From Malacoraja senta (lineage: Eukaryota), in NCBI GenBank assembly GCA_038087875.1, contig CM075998.1, positions 3,102,001-3,166,000 on the forward strand: 64,000 nucleotides of DNA. The letters run 5' to 3'. The stretch's first letter is position 1. Each line of letters opens with the position of its first letter. Shown here one piece after another: positions 42,563 through 54,080 of this stretch. The notes under the pieces were generated by a model. The model made no database searches. It was not told where the DNA came from and saw only the letters and a program-made list of their open reading frames with translations. Made by a program: the position numbers and the translations under genes.

Positions 42563-43332
42563 CCACTCTGCCATTCAATCATAGCTGATCTATCTCTCCC
42601 TCCTAACCCCATTTTCCTGCCTTCTCCCCATAACCCCTGACACCCGCACTAATCAAGAATCTATCTATCTCTGCCTTAAATATATTCACTGACTTGGCCT
42701 CCACAGCCTTCTGTGGCAAAGAATTCCACAGATTCACCACCCTCTGACGAAATAAATTCCTCATCATCTCCTTCAAGAGATGTTAGATTTAGCTCTTCGG
42801 GCTAATGGAATCAAGGGATATGGGGAGAAAGCAGGAACGGGGTACTGATTGGGGATGATCAGTCATGATCATATTGAATGGCGGTGCTGGCTCAAAGGGC
42901 CGAATGGCCTATTCCTGCGCCTATTTTTCTATGTTCTATGTTTCCATGTTCCAAAGGTACGTCCTTTAATTCTGAGGCTGTGCCCTCTAATCCTAGACTC
43001 TCCCACCAGTGGAAACATCCTCCTCACACCCCCTCTATCCTGGCAATTCTTGGTGACTGCATCCACCACCCCCTCAGGTAGTGTGTTCCACTCTGTGGGC
43101 GAGAAAGCCCCCCCCCTTCACGTCACCTCTGAGTCTCTTCCCCCCTGACAGGGAAGTTGTCGGGACCTGAGCTACAGGGAGAGGTTGAGCAGGCTAGGAC
43201 TCTATTCCCTGGAGTGCAGGAGGATGAGGGGCGATCCACGTGCTGTCACCTTCAGTGAGCTATGGACTTGGACTCCAGAATCCCTCTGCACATCAATGCT
43301 ATTTAGGGTCTTGCTATTAACTGTGTAATAAC

Positions 43333-43550
43333 TTGCCAACTGTCCCGTAGCCGGGACATCCTGTATATTGAGCTAAATTGGTTCGACCCGTACGGGACCG
43401 CCCTTGTCCCGTATTTGACTGCTACTACTCGGGTCGAGGGGACTGTCGAGTCGGAGCGCCGCGTCCGGCCCCGCCTCACCCGTCCCGACGTAGTGCAGCC
43501 CATGGAGTGCAGCATCAGCAGCAGCAGCAGCGCCTCGCCCCTGGCCCCTT
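43333..43550. mobile_element. partial inverted copy of the hAT MITE at 48020
   Basis: Reverse complement of ~48330-48515 (ttgccaactgtcccgta...gactgctactactcgggtcgagggg...cagcagcagc). Confidence 0.75.
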
Positions 43551-43894
43551 CCTACGTGGCTGTGGTGGCTTTTTTGGGGCTTTTTTTCCCCTTTTGACTA
43601 AATTGCCCCTAGTGTGTCGGGAGTAGATGGGAAAGTGGGATAACATGGAACTAGTGCGAACAGGTGACGGGCGGCACGGACCCGGTGGGCCGAAGGGCCT
43701 GTTTCCTTGCGGTATCTCTAAACGGAAGCTAAACTAAACATAGTCTGTCCGTTTCCTTCCACAGATGCTACCTGACCTGCTGTGTTCTTCCAGCACTTTT
43801 TGTTTTGCTCAAGATTCCAGCATCTGCAGTCTCTTCCTTCAGCCTCTCGGCTGTATGGCTATTAGTTTAGTTTAGACTAGCATTCATTCACATT

Positions 43895-44320
43895 TAGTTT
43901 ATTGTCACATGTACCGAGGTACAGTGAAAAGCTTTTGTTGCGTGCTAACCAGTCAGCGGAAAGACAATAGATGATTACAATCGAGCCGTCCACAGTGTAC
44001 AGATACATGATAAGGGAATAACGTTTAGTGCAAGGTAAAGCCAGCAAAGTCCGATCAAAGATAGTCCGAGGGTCACCAATGAGGTAGATAGTAGTTCAGC
44101 ACTGCTCTCTGGTTGTGGTAGGATGGTTCAGTTGCCTGATAACAGCTGGGAAGAAACTGCCCCTGAATCTGGAGGTGTGTGCGTTCGTTTTCACACTTCT
44201 GTACCTCTTGCCCGATGGGAGAGGGGAGAAGAGGGAGTGGCCGGTGGTGAGACTGGTCCTTGATGATGCTGCTGGCCTTGCCGAGGCAGCGTGAGGTGTA
44301 GATGGAGTCGATGGAAGCGA
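43895..44320 (-). mobile_element. 3' end of a second Rex/L2-like LINE family (other copies ~22645, 36050, 40290, 45160)
   Basis: Recurrent tttattgtcacgtgtaccgaggtacagtgaaaagc...cagttgcctgataacagctgggaagaaactg; ORF end SRFRDSFFPAVIRQLN in the 45160 copy. Confidence 0.7.
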
Positions 44321-44652
44321 GGTTCTAATGCTGCCTTAGCTTGACATCTGAAAACAATTGCAGTGGCTGGGGGTGTGAGCTGGGCCCGAGCTGTGGAAAA
44401 AGTGACAGCAGCCAGGGGGAGCTGTGAATCGAGGGCGGACTTTTCCATTGCATGTCAAAGGTGAACGAGGCATGTTTCTGTTCAACACGTGGTGGCAACG
44501 CTGAGGCTCACAGATGCCCCAGTCAAAGCAGTCACCATGCATCTTATCATTCAGCTTTTGTCTATGAAGTGCAGTTTAGTTTATTGTCATGTACCGAGGT
44601 ACAGTGAAAAGCTTTTTTTGCGTGCTAACCAGTCAGCGGGAAAGACAATCGC

Positions 44653-45155
44653 GAGGGAGTACAGAGAAGGTTCACCAGACTGATTCCTGGGATGGCAGGA
44701 CTTTCATATGAAGAAAGACTGGATAGACTCGGCTTGTACTCGCTGGAATTCAGAAGATTGAGGGGGGATCTTATAGAAACGTACAAAATTCTTAAGGGGT
44801 TGGACAGGCTAGATGCAGGAAGATTGTTCCCGATGTTGGGGAAGTCCAGAACAAGGGGTCACAGCTTAAGGATAAGGGGGAAATCCTTTAAGACCGAGAT
44901 GAGGAAAAACTTTTTCACACAGAGAGTGGTGAATCTCTGGAATTCTCTGCCACAGAGGGTAGTTGAGTCCAGTTCATTGGCTATATTTAAGAGGGAGTTA
45001 GATGTGGCCTTTGTGGCTAAAGGGATCAGAAGGTATGGAGAGAAGGCAGGTACGGGATACTGAGTTGGATGATCAGCCATGATCATATTGAATGGCGGTG
45101 CAGGCTCGAAGGGCCGAATGGCCTCTACTCCTGCACCTATTGTCTATGTTTCTAT
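44653..45155 (+). mobile_element. CR1 LINE 3' fragment
   Basis: ORF 44692-45063 (MAGLSYEERLDRLG...) plus tail. Confidence 0.88.
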
Positions 45156-45834
45156 GAGTCATCCACAGTGTACAGATATAGGATATAGGGAATAACGTGA
45201 TTGACATTTAGTGCAAGATAAAGCCATTAAAGATACTCCGAGGGTCTCCAAAGAGGTAGACAGTAGTTCAGCACTGCTCTCTGGTCGTGGTAGGATGGTT
45301 CAGTTGCCTGATAACAGCTGGGAAGAAACTGTCCCTGAATCTAGAGGTGTGCGTCATATGGAATGAGCTGCCAGAGGAGGTCGTTGAGGAAGGTACCATC
45401 TTCCCGACATTTAGACAGGTACATGGATAGGACAGGTTTGGAGGGATATGGTCCAAATGCAGGCAGGTGGGACGAGTGTATCTGGGGCATGTGTGGGCCA
45501 GTTGGGCCGAAGGGCCTGTTTCCATGCTGTACGAACCTTTGACTTTAACTTCATTTTAAATCATTGTCTCAATCTTGAGCAAAGAAAAGGCTGCTCGATT
45601 CAACGGTATCCAAATGTTGGCTGAAGTTGTGCACAGGGAGAGAGAGTTGTATGATCCAGCTGCTGCCTTACAGTGCTTGCAGCGCCAGTGACCCGGGTTC
45701 GATCCCGGTTCGATCACAGATGCCCCAGTCAAAGCAGTCATCTTATCATTCATGGATTCAAATCTAGTTTGAGTCTAGTTGATTGTCACGTGTACCGAGG
45801 TACAGCGAAAAGCTCTTTGTTGCTTGCTAAAAAG

Positions 45835-46440
45835 CCCCGGTGAGTTTACCCAAGAGCTCTCCCGAGTTTAAAGAAAAAATCACTCGTGGTATTCTACGAA
45901 CTCCTACGAACTTCCACGAGTATGATCACGAGCTCCTACGCGTAAAAAGTGAAAAAAATGTCATCGCGAGTATTTGAACACGAGTATTTCATCACGAGTA
46001 TCACGAACATGTTGGAAAATGTCCACGAGTAAAAAAATACTCGTGATGGGAAAAATGGTTACTTTTTACTTGTAGGAGCTCGTGAACATAGACAATAGAC
46101 AATAGGTGCAGGAGTAGGCCATTCGGCCCTTCGAGCCAGCACCGCCATTCAATGTGATCATGGCTGATCATCCCCAATCAGTACCCCGTTCCTGCCTTCT
46201 CCCCATATCCCCTGACTCCGCTATTTTTAAGAGCCCTATCTAGCTCTCTCTTGAAAGCATCCAGAGAACCTGCCTCCACCGCCCTCTGAGGCAGAGAATT
46301 CCACAGACTCACCACTCTCTGTGAGAATTCCACAGACATGCTCGTGCAAGGTCGTAGGAGTTCGTAGAATACCATAAGTTTGATTTTGTTTTAAACTCAG
46401 GAGAGCTCTTGGGTAAACTGGCATCGTGGGACAAGGCCTT
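45835..46440. mobile_element. Harbinger-type MITE interrupted by a CR1 3' fragment (~46086-46336, minus strand)
   Basis: Inverted arms agtttacccaagagctctccc / ggagagctcttgggtaaact; ends gtgggacaaggcct; related to the 34136 element. Confidence 0.6.
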
Positions 46441-47004
46441 AACCAGTCAGCGGAAAGACAATACATGATTACAATCGAGCCGTCCACAGTGTACAGATAC
46501 AGGATGTTCCCATCACTTAAAAACAAATAGAATTATAATAACTGATGAGCATTTGGAATGAATCAGTTGGCATTAACGGTACACAGTAAGATTCCCAGGT
46601 GACTGGCCCTGGGAACAAAGCTGTTCTTGTTGCCTTTATCCTGCAGCCTGTCGGGGAAGTAGAATAATGAAATCATTCTTGTTTGGTTTTCGCAAGGGCT
46701 CAAATCATGTCGCGCGGAAAGGATTGTTTAAACAGGGTCCTCTCAGAAAGGCGTTTCACTCATGTTACTCGGGGAACTCCAAAAACAGGCGCTGGCTTCT
46801 CCAGAAGTCACCCACCCCACCAGCGTTTCACGGGTTCGAACAAACAGACTCTGATGAAACCAGGTCCAGGGTCGTCAGCTCGTTACTCCGTCAGAAGCAA
46901 CCTCGAGGAAAAACGTTTTCACCCGGAGAGTTGTGAATCTGTGGAATTCTCTGCCGCAGAAGGCAGTGGAGGCCGATTCACTGGATGTTTTCAAGAGAGA
47001 GTTA

Positions 47005-47365
47005 TGGGCCTGTCCAACTTGGCCGTCATTTGCGCGCCATTTGCGCGACCTCCAAAAATGTGGTCGTCACGTTGTGACGCGCGGGTGGCGTGTGGGTGGC
47101 GCGGAACGGGCGCATGGAGAGGCGTGGAGGAGTGTGGCGCGCGCGGTATCGCGCGGCGCTCCGGGATTTCATGCTGCACGAAATCCTCGCACGCCACCTG
47201 CGTGATGCATCGCGTACGCACGCTGACGCATTGGGTACGCATTGGCGTCACACGCTGGCGTCCCGACGTCTCACGTGTATCGCGTGGTGATGCATGGTTA
47301 CGTGCGTAACCATGTGTCGCCGCGAGCCGCAGGGTATTCCAATGACGTCAAGTGCACTAGGCGGC
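47005..47365. mobile_element. GC-rich Harbinger-type MITE, degenerate right end
   Basis: TTA|TGGGCCTGTCCAACTTGGCCGTCATT left end; partial complement aatgacgtcaagtg near 47341. Confidence 0.5.
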
Positions 47366-48019
47366 AGCACGTGCTCCCTTTCTAACACCACCCGGGCGCG
47401 GACATAACCCCGGGAAAGTGTGAGCTTCTGAGTGTGGGGGTTTCTGAAGGCGTATCCCTCCACCCCCTTCCCAGTACTCCCACTAGTCAGACTGTCCTCG
47501 TTTGCATTTTATCTGTCTTCCCTTCTCCGAGGGAACAATCTTCCGTGATCTCCATCCCCTGTCTCCTTTTCACACCTCACGCTTCCTTATCTTTGTATCT
47601 CTCTCTCTCTCAGTCTGAAGAAGGGTCTCGACCCGAAACGCCACCCATTCCTTCTCTCCAGAGATGCTGCCTGTCCCGCTGAGTTACTCCAGCACTCTGT
47701 GTCTATCTTCCGAACCTTTCCAATCTAATGCCTTTGAAACATTATAATTATATCAGGGCTCTATAGTTCCCTCTGGTGGCTTGTTCCATGTTGCACCATT
47801 CACCGTGTGAAGAACATCTGCCTCAAGTCCCCTTTAAATCTTTCTCCTCTCATCTTAAAGCTATGCCCTCTAGTTTAGACTCCCCGACCCATGTGAGCGT
47901 TCATCTTATCGATACCCCCCAGGTTTTATAAATGGCAGGTAGTTTAATTCGAGCAAGTGTGAGGTGATTCACTTTGGGAGATCAAACGCAAGAGGAAAAT
48001 ATATAATTAAATGCATGAT

Positions 48020-48522
48020 TAGGGTCGCCAACTTTCTCGCTCCCAAATAAGGGACAAAAGGTCAAAATACGGGACAAATTCCCTGAAGGCAATTCGTTGG
48101 CAGACTGGGCCTTGTCTGGGTGAATGATGAGTTGGCCCCGGGGTGCTGGACTGCACACAAAGCCCAGCCGGCGGGCCAGCTGTGAGGAGTTTTGGCCCGG
48201 GGGGCAAAGTCCGGCTCCCTGTCCAACTCATGAACCGATGATCGGCCAATGAGAAGGAGGGGCGGTGGACGGTGTCGGCGGTAAGCGAAGGTCCGAAGGT
48301 CGGACAGCTGGCCGGGCTGCCGACCGACCGACGGGGCCACGGGCGAGGCGCTGCTGCTGCTGCTGCTGCTGCACTCCACGGGCTGCACTACGTCGGGACG
48401 GGTGAGGCGGGGTCCGACCCAACAGTCCCCTCGACCCGAGTAGTAGCGGTCAAATACGGGACAAACCAATTTAGCCCAAAATACGGGATGTCCCAACTAA
48501 TACGGGACAGTTGGCAACCCTA
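48020..48522. mobile_element. hAT-type MITE
   Basis: TIRs TAGGGTCGCCAACT / AGTTGGCAACCCTA; 8-bp TSD TGCATGAT at 48012-48019 and 48523-48530; inserted in a CR1 fragment. Confidence 0.88.
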
Positions 48523-48734
48523 TGCATGATCCTTAACAGTCTTGATATCGAGAGGGGCCTTGTGTCCTGGTTCATAACTCCATGAAAGTAGCAACACGTA
48601 GATAGAGTGATGAAGAAGGCATACTTTAGTTTAGTTTAGTTTAGAGATACAGCATGGAAACAGGCCCTTTGGCCCATCTGAATCCAGTTTCTCTTTTATA
48701 AGTTCATAGTTCATGTACATAAGTTCTCGGAGCT

Positions 48735-48872
48735 TCTTCTTGCGTATATGGCGTGCACGGCCTAAAGTTGTACGACAACTTGTTCTATTTGATCTTATTT
48801 GATTGTGCACGCCAGGTTGATTGCATTCATCGAAACAGGGCGGATCACGTGAAGGTTGCAATCTTCCACCCC
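48735..48872 (-). mobile_element. ~140-bp SINE-like retroposon with a 5' HDV-like ribozyme, copy 2
   Basis: TSD TTCT(C/A)GGAGCT at 48724-48734 and 48873-48883; 5' end exactly at ribozyme G1; (AAG)n tail. Confidence 0.8.
48819..48872 (-). ncRNA. minimal HDV/CPEB3-like ribozyme, degenerate (catalytic C to U)
   Basis: GGGGUGG AA GAUUGCA ACC UUCACGU GAU CCGCCCU GU UUCGA UGAA UGCAAUC. Confidence 0.65.
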
Positions 48873-48907
48873 TTCTAGGAGCTGAATTGGAACATTCGGA
48901 CCATTCG

Positions 48908-49332
48908 ACTCATGTTACTCGGGGAACTCCAAAAACAGGCGCTGGCTTCTCCAGAAGTCACCCACCCCACCAGCGTTTCACGGGTTCGAACAAACAGACT
49001 CTGATGAAACCAGGTCCAGGGTCGTCAGCTCGTTACTCCGTCAGAAGCAACCTCGAGGAAAAACGTTTTCACCCGGAGAGTTGTGAATCTGTGGAATTCT
49101 CTGCCGCAGAAGGCAGTGGAGGCCGATTCACTGGATGTTTTCAAGAGAGAGTTATGGGCCTGTCCAACTTGGCCGTCATTTGCGCGCCATTTGCGCGACC
49201 TCCAAAAATGTGGTCGTCACGTTGTGACGCGCGGGTGGCGTGTGGGTGGCGCGGAACGGGCGCATGGAGAGGCGTGGAGGAGTGTGGCGCGCGCGGTATC
49301 GCGCGGCGCTCCGGGATTTCATGCTGCACGAA
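48908..49332 (+). repeat. 425-bp direct duplicate of 46758-47182
   Basis: Identical by eye at an offset of 2150 bp. Confidence 0.92.
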
Positions 49333-50713
49333 CCACCTTTCGCTGCAATTACAGCTGCAAGTCTTTTGAGGTATGTCTCTACCAGCTTTGCACATCTAGA
49401 GACTGAAATTTTTGCCCATTCTTCTTTGCAAAATAGCTCAAGCTCAGTCAGATTGGATGGAGAGCGTCTGTGAACAGCAATTTTCAAGTCTTGCCAGAGA
49501 TTCTCAATTGGATTTAGGTCTGGACTTTGACTGGGCCATTCTAACACATGAATATGCTTTGATCTAAACCATTCCATTGTAGCTCTGGCTGTATGTTTAT
49601 GGTCGTTGTCCTGCTGGAAGGTGAACCTCCGCCCCAGTCTCAAGTCTTTTGCAGACTCTAACAGGTTTTCTTCCAAGATTGCCCTGTATTTGGCTCCATC
49701 CATCTTCCCATCAACTCTGACCAGCTTCCCTGTCCCTGCTGAAGAAAAGCATCCCCACAGCATGATGCTGCCACCACCATGTTTCACAGTGGGGATGGTG
49801 TGTTCAGGGTGATGTGCAATGTTAGGTTTCTACCACACATAGCGTTTTGCATTTAGGCCAAAAACTTCAATTTTGGTCTCATCTGACCAGAGCACCTTCC
49901 TCCACATGTTTGCTGTGTCCCCCACATGGCTTGTGGCAAACTGCAAACGGGACTTCTTATGGCTTTTTTTCAACAATGGCTTTCTTTTTGCCACTCTTCC
50001 ATAAAGGCCCGATTTGTGGAGTGCACGACTAATAGTTGTCCTGTGGACAGATTCTCCCACCTGAGCTGTGGATCTCTGCAGCTCCTTCAGAGTTACCATG
50101 GGCCTCTTGGCTGCTTCTCTGATCAATGCTCTCCTTGCCCGGCCTGTCAGTTTAGGTGGACGGCCATGTCTTGGTAGGTTTGCAGTTGTGCCATACTCTT
50201 TCCATTTTTGGATGATGGATTGAACAGTGCTCCGTGAGATGTTCAAAGCTTGGGATATTTTTTATAACCTAACCCTGCTTTAAACTTCTCCACAACTTTA
50301 TCCCTGACCTGTCTGGTGTGTTCCTTGGGCTTCATGATGCTGTTTGTTCACTAATGTTCTCTAACAAACCTCTGAGGCCTTCACAGAACAGCTGTATTTA
50401 TACTGAGATTAGATTACACACAAGTGGACTCTATTAACTAATTAGGTGACTTCTGAAGGCAATTGGTTGCACTGGATTTTATTTAGGGGTATCAGAGTAA
50501 AGGGGGCTGAATACTTTTGCATGCAACACTTTTCAGTTTTTTATTTGTAAAAAAATGTGAAAACCATGTATCATTTTCCTTCCACTTCACAATTATGCGC
50601 CACTTTGTGTTGGTCTATCACATAAAATCCTAATAAAATACATTTACGTTTGTGGTTGTAACGTGACAAAATGTGGAAAAGTTCAAGGGTATGAATACTT
50701 TTGCAAGCCACTG
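49330..50713 (-). mobile_element. Tc1/mariner DD34E transposon (Passport-like), 3'-truncated and defective
   Basis: TIR TA|CAGTGGCTTGCAAAAGTATTCA ending at 50713, inner direct repeat ~50501-50530. Transposase starts at ATG 50335 (MKPKEHTRQVRDKVVEK...GRPPK...SDETK...QQDND...SPDLNPIE...AAKGGS), with a 1-nt deletion near 50260 and an in-frame TAG at 49830. Confidence 0.92.
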
Positions 50714-51064
50714 TATACACACACACACACACACATTTATACACACACACATATATACACACACAAATGTATCTATACACACACATATAAACACACACAC
50801 ATGTACACACACACATATATATATATACACACACACATATATACACACACATATATACACACACATATATACACACACATATATACACACACATATATAC
50901 ACACACATATACACACACACATACACACACATATATACACACACACATATACACACATATATGTGTATGTTATTTCTATATTTTTTGCATTTTATATGTC
51001 ATACATATGTGTGTGATATATATATGTTATTTATACATATATGTGTGTCCATTATATATATATA
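50714..51064. repeat. (CA)n/(TA)n compound microsatellite
   Basis: Direct reading. Confidence 0.92.
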
Positions 51065-51533
51065 ACTTGTTTCACTGTTGTTTATTTGGGGTTTTAGAGA
51101 GTACTGTGTTTACATAACTTATGCTGCCAAAAGTAAGGACTTCATTGTTCCATTTCGGGACAAATGACAATAACTAAATGCCAATATAGATTATAGCTTC
51201 ACCAAAAGGAGTTAAATCTGAAGAAGGGTCTCGACCCGAAACCTCACCCATTCCTTCTCTCCAGAGACGCTGCCTGTCCCGCTGAGCTACGCCGGCTTTT
51301 TGTGCGTCTATGCTGTCTCAATGTCATGATGACATTTGCTCTCTCTCTGTCTCTCTCTCTCTCTCGGCCTTTCCCCCGCTCGCCCCCGTGTACATGGTAG
51401 GTGCCGGCTTGCTGTCTGTCTGCCTGCCTGCATCGGACTGGAAACACCGCGGGCTCCACTGCGGCGCCGCGTCACTGGAAACTAACCTGCGTGTTGCCTC
51501 CGCTGCAGTTTCACCTGCAACCCTCGCCTGAAC

Positions 51534-51548
51534 ATGACCCAGGGAAAG
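51534..51548 (+). CDS. FAIM2: FAIM2 (lifeguard 2, TMBIM2) coding exon 1
   Basis: aacATG ACC CAG GGA AAG|gtaacc = MTQGK, matching the N-terminus of vertebrate FAIM2. Confidence 0.85.
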
Positions 51549-51799
51549 GTAACCGCTCCCCAGCGCCCAGCGCCCAGCGCCCAGCTGTCTGGGCATTCAT
51601 GGTCAGATGCGTTTATTCCGGCCGCGTTCACTTCAATGCGTTGCTATGGTGTGATGTGAAACTGTCGTGTCTCGTGTCTCTTGTCTCTTGGCTCCTTCCT
51701 TAAACAGGTCCTTTTTCTATTTCAATCTATTTCAAAGCAGAAATGTGACTCGCATTTTATTCTGATCTTATATGTCTCTCATGTTTCAAAGAGATCTTC

Positions 51800-52700
51800 C
51801 ACTCTCTCTTTCTCCCTCTCCCCCTCTCCCCCTCTCCCCCTCTCCCCCTCTCCCCCTCTCCTCCCTCCTTTCCCCTCTCCTCCCCACTCCTCCCCCTTCT
51901 ACCCCCCTCTCCCCCTCCCCCCTCTCCCCCTTCTACCCCCTCTCCCCCCTCCCCCCTCTCCCCCTCTCCCCCTCTCCTCCCCCTTCTACCCCCTTCTACC
52001 CCTCTCCCCCTCTCCCCCTCTCCTCCCCCTCTCCCCCTCTCCTCCTCTCCTCCTCTCCTCCTCTCCTCCTCTCCTCCTCTCCTCCCCCCCTCTCCCCCTT
52101 CTACCCCCCCTTCTACCCCCCCTTCTACCCCCCTTCTACCCCCCTCTTCCCCCCTTTCTCCACCCCCTTCTCTACCCCCTCCCCCCTCTTTCCCCTCCCC
52201 CTCTTTCTCCACCCCCTTCTCTACCCCCTCCCCCCTCTTTCCCCTCCCCCCTCTTTCCCCTCCCCCCTCTTTCCCCTCTCCCCTCTTTCCCCTCTCCCCT
52301 CTTTCCCCTCTCCCCTCTTTCCCCCTCTTTCCCCTCTCCCCTCTTTCCCCTCTAGCCTCTCCCCCTCTCCTCCCCCCCCTCTCCCCCTTCTACCCCCCTT
52401 CTACCCCCCCTTCTACCCCCCTCTTCCCCCCTTTCTCCACCCCCTTCTCCACCCCCTTCTCTACCCCCTCTCCCCTCTTTCCCCTCCCCCCCTCTTTCCC
52501 CTCTCCCCCTCTTTCCCCTCTCCCCTCTTTCCCCTCTAACCTCTCCCCCTCTCCTCCCCTCCTCCCCCGCCCCTTTCTCCCCCCTGCCCCTTTCTCCCCC
52601 CCTCTCCTCCCCATTTCCCCTCTCCTCCCTCCTACCCCTGCCCCCCTCTCCCCCCTTCCCCCTTTCCCCTCTCCTCTTCCTCCCCTACCCCCCTCCCCTA
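51800..52700. repeat. ~900-bp polypyrimidine/polypurine low-complexity tract
   Basis: Almost only C and T on the plus strand (CTCTCCCC-like units). Confidence 0.95.
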
Positions 52701-53729
52701 TTAAATCTTCTCCCCTTCACCTTGAACCTGTGTCCTCTGGTCCTCGATTTCCCCTACTCTGGGCGAGAGACTCTGTGCATCTAACTTGTCGCAGTTCAAC
52801 CCTGGGCAGGCTGTTCTGGTGGATGTGAGACGAGAGCCAGTGAAGCAATGTAGAACACACCATGCAGTGACAATCAGGAGACATTGATTGTCAATGACGT
52901 TCAGTTGCTGTCAAGGCTACGTTTCATTCTCAGCCATCACTACGGACTGAGAGATCTGGGGCTTAATGTAATCCATTCATTGTAATCCTCCACTGTCAGT
53001 GTGAGGCTAAATACAAATTGGAGGAACAGCATCTCATATTTTGCTTGGGCAGCTTACAGCCCAGTGGTATGAATATTGATTTCTCTCACTTCAGGTAGCC
53101 CCGGCATTCCCTCTCTCTCTCTCTCTCTCTATCCCTCCCCCACCCAAGTCGCACCAGCTTCTCGTTCTCACCCAACAAACAGCTAACAATGGCCTGTTTC
53201 CTTTATCATTGTCACTTTTTTTGCATATCTTTCATTCATTGTTCTTTATCTCTCCACATCACCGTCTATGTCTCTCGTTTCCCTTATCCCCGTGACTCTC
53301 AGTCTGAGGAAGGGTCTCGCCCCCCCGAGACGTCACCCGTTCCTTCTCTCCAAGAGATGCCGCCTGTCCCGCTGAGTTTCTCCAGCATTTAGTGTCTGTC
53401 TCAATTGGACTTATTGGAGCTCGCCACGTGACCTGGCTGCCTGGCGATCTGATCCTCTTTGCCAGCAGAGTTTTAGCAGGCGGCTGCTTAACAGCAAACG
53501 AGGAATCTTTTACTTCAACACCTCCTGCACGGTTTTCTTTTCCGAGACTCCTCCTCGGAGTAACTGGAGCGTTTGTGTATGGAGTGAAGTGTGTGTGTGG
53601 CAGGTGATCTGAATTTCCTCCAATTTCAGGTAGTCCCTGCTTTCTCCCTCCTTCCCCTCCCCCTTCCCAGCTCTCCCACTGTCTCCGCCTCTTCCTTTCT
53701 TCTTCCCCCCCCCCCACCCGAACATCAGT

Positions 53730-53757
53730 CTGAAGAAGGGTCTCGACCCGAAACGTC
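53730..53757 (+). ncRNA. minimal type I hammerhead-like motif in a Penelope-derived repeat (representative copy)
   Basis: CUGAAGA-A-GGGUC-UC-GACCC-GAAA-CG-UC. Similar motifs at 54881-54908, 24020-24047, 11463, 32371, 47615 and 51218, and on the minus strand. Confidence 0.5.
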
Positions 53758-54080
53758 ACCTATTCCTTCGCTCCATAGAGGCTGCCTCACCCGCTGAGTT
53801 TCTCCAGCATTTTTGTCTACCTTCGATTTTTCCAGCATCTGCAGTTCTTTCTTAAACAGGTGATCTGAAAGGTGAGTTTGATGTAAGATTTGACCCATTT
53901 AGTTTTCCTTTGCCAGCAGGGTGAACCATTTTGTTTCTTCCTCATCTTCTTTTTCATTTCGTCGGTTCCAGTCAAGGCTGCGTGATATTTTGGGGAGTGG
54001 GGGGGGGGGGGGGGGTCTTAGCTTCAGGATCCAAAAATAAAATTATTTATTCATTTGAATAATCTATAATTTAATTTATA

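Noticed and set aside
46683..47309. 208-aa ORF and its 182-aa twin at 48821
   Set aside because: Read-through across unique DNA, a CR1 piece and a MITE; their similarity comes from the 425-bp duplication.
50571..51065. His/Thr-rich and Cys/Val-rich ORFs
   Set aside because: Microsatellite translations.
51681..52614. Pro/Leu/Ser-rich and Gly/Glu/Arg-rich ORFs
   Set aside because: Translations of a stop-free low-complexity tract.
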